Below are positions 56,409 to 64,000 of a DNA stretch of 64,000 nucleotides, in pieces. Position 1 is the first letter of the stretch, and every line of letters begins with the position of its first letter. Under the pieces are notes generated by a model. The model worked only from the letters and a program-made list of their open reading frames with translations, was not told where the DNA came from and did no database searches. Source of the stretch: Podarcis bocagei (lineage: Eukaryota); NCBI GenBank assembly GCA_964188305.1, contig OZ076895.1. The stretch is one strand, 5' to 3'. The position numbers were made by a program, and so were the translations under genes.

Positions 56409-57433
56409 ATGCTGCTGAGGGGGGCGTCCGAGGGGCAGGTCACCGGCGTCTCCAGAGCCTTGTCCTCGGGTCGGTCCCTTCTCCTTTCTCGGCTCCTTCC
56501 CCTCCGCTCTTCCCGGCCTCCGGGGGCCTCGCAGGGGGGCCACTTCTCCGCGAGTCCCCGGTGAGGCGGCTTCCTTTCACGAGGCCTTCGCCGCGATTGG
56601 GGGGAAGCGGAGGCCGGGAGGGGGGGAATTAGTCGGTTCTCCGGCGCTGAAAGCCCCCGGCTGTTTCCCTCTTTCTCCCCCCCCCCCGCCGCCCCGGTTT
56701 TGCCGCCTCCCCCCCCCCGCGGGATCTGCATAAGAGGAGCAGAAATTCACCCAGCGCACCTTTCCCCGGGACCCCGTCGATGTAGCTTTTTTGCTAGTAG
56801 AAGCTGCCCCTGTTGGATTTCCGCCTGTCGCACAAATATCCGCGGCTCTAGAAGGTTATGCAGCATGGAGGGGTTTTTAGCTCGTTTGCCTCTTGGACAT
56901 ATTACTTAGATTGTTGGGCAGAAGATCTCTCCTACTTTTTCTCCCACAGAGGCTTCATGTAGTTAGGTGTTAACTCCATGGGCGGAATGCGCTGTTTCCT
57001 ACCTTAGTGCAGCACTGTCGATCTTATTCACGCGTTTTTCAGAAAAAGAACAAAGCAAGTCCTCATCTTTTTGGGAAGTCTCACACGCACACCCAAAGCA
57101 GATATGTCGGTAGAAGAAAGCCCTTCTTGCTGGTTGAGCAGGTGTATAGTCTATAAACTGTAGGATTGCAACCTACAGTTTGGGGGATAGAAGAGCCGTG
57201 TTGCCCTGACATGTAACTGACTAAAACACAGCATCTACTACCCTAAGTATGGTAGAAATGCGTCAGTTATAATACAGTTAATCAGCTAAAGTGCTTCTTA
57301 TTTTAAAAGCACTTTACAAGTGACCTATTTCTAATAAAATTACTTTTCAAACATCTACTTATCAAATATCTATTTGTAATGACAATTATAAAGACGGGTT
57401 TGCTGATGAATTACAACAAATTTAAATAGCTGG

Positions 57434-57478
<45 letters not shown>

Positions 57479-60400
57479 GTATATAATGTTTTTATAGGCT
57501 GGCTAGAAGTGGGCAAAATAAGAGTGCATTTATTCGTGTATATGATACTTTAATGATGCCAAACTAGGATTTGCTGCATCTTATGTTTGCAGAACACATA
57601 CTTTTGGCCAAATAAATGTATGCAAGGTAGTCCAGATTTTAGTACTGGGTGAATGTGAAGATTTTAGCTCAGTGGAAGTGCCTCCTAAGCTTGTAATATT
57701 TTTATTCACAGCTTCTGTGCTTTGCCAAGTTGAACCTGTGGGAAGATGGTTTGAAGCATTTATTAAGAGGAGAAACATACATGTTTCTGCCTCTTTCCAG
57801 GAACTGGAAGATGAGAAAGAGCTCTCTGAAGAGTCAGGAGATGAAGAATTGCAGCTGGAGGAATTTCCTATGTTAAAAACACTTGATCCAAAGGACTGGA
57901 AGGTATATGATCTAATGTTACAATTGTATTTGTTCATTTTTTAGTGAAGATTTCCTACCAGTACTAACAATTTGAAATATTTCTATTTTGCTTCAAGCAA
58001 TATATTCTATATTGCTTCTTGATAATTGCTTCATCTTTTATTCCCTGTGTGATTTGATCTTAAGGATTGTTTTCAGCCACACAAAAATTAGTTCTCCCTG
58101 TCCCCACTTCAGGGAAATTCAAGATTCAATCCCACTTATGTAGGAGTAAGCCCCATTGAGTTGCCCAATAGCATTTTGTGCCCTCTCCTTTTTTCAGATT
58201 GGTATTAGGTTTCCTTTCCCAGTTGCTAATACTAAGTAAATAGTTCTAAGCTAACAGCACAGTGTCAGTGGGTCACGTGGAAAAATATAACATTATAGAA
58301 GCTTTGAAAATATATGATGAACATATAATATGAAGGTCTGGTCAGATCAGCTAACAGTGGCAATATGGAAGTCTGCCTTCTAAAGTTCCATTAACAGGCA
58401 TTGCTGCTGCCTTGTGCTTAATTTATACATACCTGTTTTCATTTAACTCTTTTCTTTTTCTTTTGCTTCATTCTGTTGTGCTCACATTTCTTTCTGCTAA
58501 TACTTTTCTTGTGGCAACTCTTAGAGAGTTGGAGAAGTAGGGCACCGCACTGTAGCAGCTACCTGTGTTCTTTCCCTCTCTCATGAAGTGAGAGATCCCT
58601 CTCTTCTTCTTTCTCTCCTTTTTAAGGTCTCTTAAAATTCCTTATTCAAAACCTGGATGGAGGAGCTATAGGGATAAGGAAAGGCAATAAAGGCAAAAGT
58701 GGCAAGAAAACAGAAGAAGGAAAAAGTAGTTTAGCTTTCTCTGCCACTTGGCTGCTCAATAGTTGCTACTCACCATAAATAGCTGTTGATATTTGCAATT
58801 TTCTCTCAGAATCAGGATCATTATTCAGTTCTTGGGCTGGGACATATAAGATACAAGGCATCTCAGAAACAAATAAAAGCTGCTCGTAAGTACCTTACAT
58901 TCATTTTTTGTATTGAAAATGTTTCAGGTCATATGAACAGTTCCGTGCTGCGCTGAAAGCTGTTGATTTCATAAAGGAAGAATAGCTCACTTAAAAGGAC
59001 ACCAAGAATGTGGTTTTGACTGCTGTGGCACACTTTTTCAGCTGAGCCATAGAGTCTCATTGTTAGTTTAGGACTCTTATGGGGTGGGGAGGACGACACT
59101 TTAAAATACATGTGTTCAGGGATCAACAATAACAGATGAGTCACAAAACTAAAGTAAAACAGTAAGATGCATTTTACATTGACTTCCAATTGAAGTAAAA
59201 CACCTGAAATTAAGGTGGGGCAAAGCTATGCACACATGCCGCCTGTGGTCCATTTGTAATTTTTATGTGGTAACTCAGACAATGTAACTCCTTGTGCAAT
59301 TTAGTTCAAAACTTAGAGATGCCAGACACACACAAAATACTGAAAGGCTGATAAATGATTGATCTTAACTGCTGCATCAGCCTAAATCAGCTATGGTAGT
59401 GTGAAGGTTTGGGGGTCATTCACAGCCCAAACCCATTTGTAGTTAATGGGGGCTTTCATCCCCATAGGCATGGTTAGGATTGCATCCTAAAATACAATAC
59501 TTTGCATATGCAGAGTTGCATTTTTTCAATACTGTAGTTATAGTATAATTGGTATTCAGAAATTAATGTGTGGGGTGAGATGTTGAAACCTTAAGTATGT
59601 GTGAAACACCACAAAGTACCTGTTTTGCCACTTTGCATTTCATATAAGGGAGAGGGGAAATAATTTTACTTACATTTCTGTCCTTCATTAAGGATAGCTA
59701 TGACCCCACAGATATGTAGTATGGTTCAACTCATGGGGTGTCTTATGAAAGTACAGGGTATCGCTGCTGTTTGTTTATTTTTTTTCTGCTTAAAACATTT
59801 TTGCTGCTTAAAACAGGCAATATGCAATTGATGATAAAGCAGGTGAAGGGAGGTGTTTCTGAAGCTGACATTTCCTTCTCCTCCCATAGATAAAGCCATG
59901 GTTTTGAAACACCATCCAGACAAGCGAAAAGCAGCAGGAGAACAGATAGGTGAAGGTGACAACGACTACTTTACTTGTATAACAAAAGGTAAGTCCTAGT
60001 TATCAACTAACATAGCCTATATGACTGTGCATAAAATTGTTCAGTATATTTGTGATTCTTGCTTACATAAAACACATATTAGAAGAACAGAGCTTCCAGC
60101 AAATGGAACTGTTGGCAGTGTCTCAGTAATAATAATAATGTTGCTGCTTAATAAAATAATCATGAATTCATTGAAACAGGTTATTGTTCTCCTTATTGTT
60201 CTTGTAAGCAGATGAGAGGGCTTGTGTGTGTCAGCTTAGATTAATTATGAAATAATTGATTGAATTATACTTACTCATGATTTTAGATTCCTAGTTTGTG
60301 TATATGTGCAAGCTACTCTAAAGATAAGCAGCCTCTTATCCAATTATTGCTCTTGTCACGACTCTGAAATGTTGCATTCCAGAAATTGCAATAACTGGGG

Positions 60401-63003
60401 GAGCTTTTGAAAAGGGAAAACTGATGTAATGATGATTTTAGAATTGTTCTCTATCCCCTTTTCAGAAGTCCTAATGATAGCTTTTAAGCATGTTACAGAA
60501 ACACGCAGTGCATATCTTATTCTATTGATTAACCAAACCTATTGGTAAATGCAGTCACTGGGATTCTTCATTGGCTCTGAGGACTGGATACATATGAATA
60601 GTCATTTCATCCATCCAGCGCAGTCCACAAAGCTAATTTTCTGAAATGGCTGTGCATTGCATGTTAGTTCAGAAAAAGTCATGCTGGGCATTCGCAGTGC
60701 ATGAGCAGCAAGGCACCTTTGAGGGGGAACCAAGCTTGGCTCCCATTCTAAGTTGATTCCTTACTGTAAATTGATTATTTACTGTAATTCCATTTTCCAG
60801 CCTATGAAATTTTGTCAGATCCTCTGAAGAGACGAGCATTTAACAGTATAGATCCTACTTTTGATAACACTGTTCCTTCTAAAAGTGAAGCAAAGGAAAA
60901 CTTCTTTGAAGTTTTCTCCCCGGTTTTTGAAAGAAATGCCAGGTAAGCTATATTAGAGGCTGTAGGGGAGATTTTCTCCCACTTTGCCTTATTGGCAGCG
61001 TGTCTTCGTGTTAGAAGTGTCTTTGATTCCAGCCATTTGGGGAGCTTGAGCATCTTAATAGTGGTCAGATGCAGATAGAGTTGTGTCTACATACCTAGTG
61101 GTTTGATGTGTTTGAACTGAACTCGCACTCAGTTATCTCACTCTTAGGTACCAAAATAATATTTGTGTGCTTATTGCTGTTTCCTAGCAACACACACTGG
61201 TGATACCATTGGAGCGGTCTGTTGTAGAGCAGATCCATCTGTTGGTTCCAGAACTGTTCTAATTGTTTAATGCAGCCTCAGTGCTTGGCCATCTTCCAGG
61301 GTCACTTGCTTCACAAGGCCTAGCCTTCACGATGGTGCACAAATAATTTTCTTAACTTTGTCAGAGCAATGGAGGAGAGGCTATGCTCAATTTATTGGTT
61401 TCTGTCCAGTGTACAGTTTTATATTGCATCTTGCAGTTGTGGATGTTTTTAGTCCAGCAGTGCTAGGTTAAAATAAACACTTAGATTTGTTTGTTACTAT
61501 GTTAAATGTTTTTGTGTTTTTATATTGTAAATCACTCTGTGATCCTTGGATGAAGGTATAGAAATTTAATTTAATTTGCTAATACTGTAGAAATAATAGA
61601 TTATACTATCTCAACATTCCGAGTCATTTTGCAATGTTAGCACCAAGATGGAACACTGATACTGGTTTCCTTTGTGCTACTTGCTTGAGAATAAGATTAA
61701 GCTCACTTCTTCTGAATTTGAAATCTCATTTAAGTCTTATCAATTATGGTCTATAGAGTTCAGAGGATTAGAGAAGCAAATCCATATACTTCAGATTAAA
61801 TTCTCACATGATATAGCAGTTAATGTATAGTCAAAGTTACTGTTTCGTCAATGAATTCACCCAACTTTTCATCGTAGTGAATGTCTGCGTATGTCTTAAT
61901 TGCTACAGATGGTCAAATAAGAAAAATGTACCTAAGCTTGGGGACACAAATTCCTCCTTTGAAGAGGTAGATGCATTTTATTCATTTTGGTAAGCAAACT
62001 TTTTTCTTTTTCTTCATTTTGAAATAATTTTATGTGACATGTCAAAATTGTATAGAAAAACTTGTCTGTAAAAATAAACAAGACTCTTACACTTGTACAA
62101 GTCCGTAGAGTATAAAAACATAAGAGCACTGAATAACTTTTCCTTAGGAATAAAGGGTGGGGCCAGGAAGTAACATTGCAACCCTGTTGCAGTTTGAAAC
62201 TTTCCTTCCCCCCAAAATAGACTGCCATATATATAAATAGTGGGGTTGCAGAGTCTTTAGTCAAGACAAGCCTGGAATAGTTGTGATATGAGATCTTCAG
62301 ATTGATGGCTTGTGACTTATGGGAATGGCGTTTTTATTTAGTGGCAAACAGATGTATGTGACCAGATGTTAACATCATTGCCAATCTCCATTGCTCTGTG
62401 CTGTGGTTACGTAGAAATGCAGAAACAACGCTAGGGGGAGAGGGGCCAACGTAGGAAGCAGAATGCCCATCTGCACCCCCATCTCCATTTTCTTTGGAGG
62501 CACTGTTCTTCCCATATCATAAGATTTTGCCCTGCAGCATAAAATAATCAGAATGAGCTGTTCATTAATATCCTGATGGCATGTAGATTTCCTTAAGATT
62601 GATAAAGTGTACGCACCAGAGAACTAGCAGTATAATCTCAAATTAAGAATGCAGACTAAAAATGTTCTGAAGAATTTGCAATACGACTACAGTGGTGCCT
62701 CGCAAGACGAAAAGAATCCGTTCTGTGATTCTCTTCGTCTAGTGGTTTTTTCGTCTTGCGAAGCAAGCCTATAGGAGATTTGTTTTGCGAAGCACCTCCA
62801 AAATGGAAAACGCTTTTGTCTAGCGAGTTTTCCGTCTTGCGAGGCATTCGTCTTGCGGGGCACCACTGTATTGCTACTTTTGATTAGGCATCAGCATAGC
62901 ACTAACTTTTTCTCTCTTCTACTTTATTGTATGTTAGGTATAATTTTGATTCTTGGCGGGAGTTTTCTTACTTAGACGAAGAAGAAAAAGAAAAAGCAGA
63001 ATG
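56409..63003 (+). CDS. DNAJC2: DnaJ homolog subfamily C member 2 (MPP11/zuotin-related), first 7 exons, partial
   Basis: Exons: 56409-56469, 57712-57902, 58810-58885, 59890-59988, 60801-60942, 61909-61989, 62938-63003, GT-AG and in frame. Peptides [27 protein letters not shown]-domain [37 protein letters not shown]. The gene continues past the window end. Confidence 0.96.
57437..57476. repeat. (TG)n microsatellite
   Basis: About 20 TG units in DNAJC2 intron 1. Confidence 0.9.
62690..62868. mobile_element. Tc1/mariner MITE, internally shorter copy of 30348-30645
   Basis: Same TIRs and TA flanks, 179 bp versus 298 bp. Confidence 0.9.
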
Positions 63004-63061
63004 GTATGTAAATAAAAGCACTGAAGTTAATACACCAAACAAATTCAACTTGCATATTCAA

Positions 63062-63628
63062 CCGTGGTGCCTCCGGTTGTGGACGGGATCCGTTCCGGAA
63101 GTGCGGTTGAATTATGATGGCATTGGGTTGCTGTAATCTGAGGACCACTTCTGCGCACGTGCACATGGCGAAACCCGGTAAAATACTTCCAGGTTTGCCG
63201 TACGCACTGTTGGGATACTGCCAGGGAGATGGAGGCATCAGGCAGGCCCCCAGTCGTCCCTGGACGATCACCGGTCTCCCGTGGAACAGCATCAGTCAAT
63301 TAGCGACACGAGCCTCAGAGGCATTCCAAGGCCCGTGCACACCCTTTCAGCAGAGTCTCCACAACGAAAGGATGCAGACAGAAGAGCATATTTACAGCTT
63401 TATTCAACGTAGTTCAGAACACAGAAAAAACATGACTGCTTGCCTCCATGTCCAGGAAAACAGCCGGAACAAAAGCTATATACAAAACGGAGGTTCCCAG
63501 CGAGAAGCTGGAAGTAAACAGGCATGCGATACACAACAGCCTGTTCCCTTTTTAAGGTGGAACGGAACTATCCTAACATGCCCATCCCAAAGTTTACATA
63601 ACCAGAGGGTAAACGGAGGTTCGACTGT
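63062..63628. mobile_element. pogo/Tigger-like MITE interrupted by a solo-LTR-like insert (63208-63578)
   Basis: 63062-63207 aligns by eye with the 2168-2407 element (GGTTG..ACGGGATC.GTTCCGGA, CTTCTGCGCA, GGCGAAACCCGG). The insert begins TGTTGGGATA and ends TATCCTAACA. MITE-like sequence resumes to GAGGTTCGACTG. Confidence 0.6.
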
Positions 63629-64000
63629 GTTACAGATTTTACACTAATCCTATTAATGATACCAGGTACTGAATAACAAAGCAGAATAATCCTTATGAAT
63701 AGGCCCAGTATAGATTCTCCATAGATCTAGTAATCCTCGGAGATAATCAGTCCAAAAAACGGTCCTGTTCTCTACTCTAGTATCTCAGTATTGTGCAAGC
63801 ATTCCCCAGCTTATTGGAGGAAAATTTGAATAGAAATAAAATATAGGAAAGCTTTCTGTTTTTAGGAAGGAGGGAGGGTTCGGTTAGCCAAAGTTTAGAA
63901 GCTTATTCAGGCAGTGGTAAACACATGGTACGTGTCAGGGTACATTGAATACAATAATTGGGGTTTTATCAAAAGGCATCACTTGCGAAGCTGTTTGAAG

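Noticed and set aside
55880-56909. Several overlapping 60-194 aa ORFs, likewise those at 10499-12288
   Set aside because: Expected from CpG-island base composition. Only the 61-nt DNAJC2 first exon is supported.

Overview
Vertebrate (squamate, probably lacertid lizard, judged from the repeat families and the non-mammalian prestin) genomic DNA with the conserved gene order RELN(+, 3' end only) - SLC26A5/prestin(+, complete, 18 coding exons, 736 aa) - PSMC2(-, complete, 12 exons, 433 aa) - DNAJC2(+, first 7 exons, runs off the window). Exons were assembled by hand from GT-AG boundaries and stay in frame. The 6-nt RELN microexon AGTAAG lies at 869-874. The RELN-SLC26A5 intergenic region is the most unusual part. 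It holds (1) a Tc1/mariner-type MITE expanded by about 13 copies of a 99-bp unit built from two hairpins, with compensatory variation; (2) a single TSD-flanked insertion of four alternately oriented Penelope-like repeats carrying two intact minimal hammerhead ribozyme motifs, with related copies elsewhere starting at or near the predicted cleavage site; and (3) a CpG island with two opposed ZNF143-type motifs and splice donors on both strands, suggesting a divergent transcript running antisense toward RELN through both structures. The introns carry typical squamate MITEs, SINEs, L2/CR1 fragments and microsatellites. Repeat family names come from recall, not database searches.
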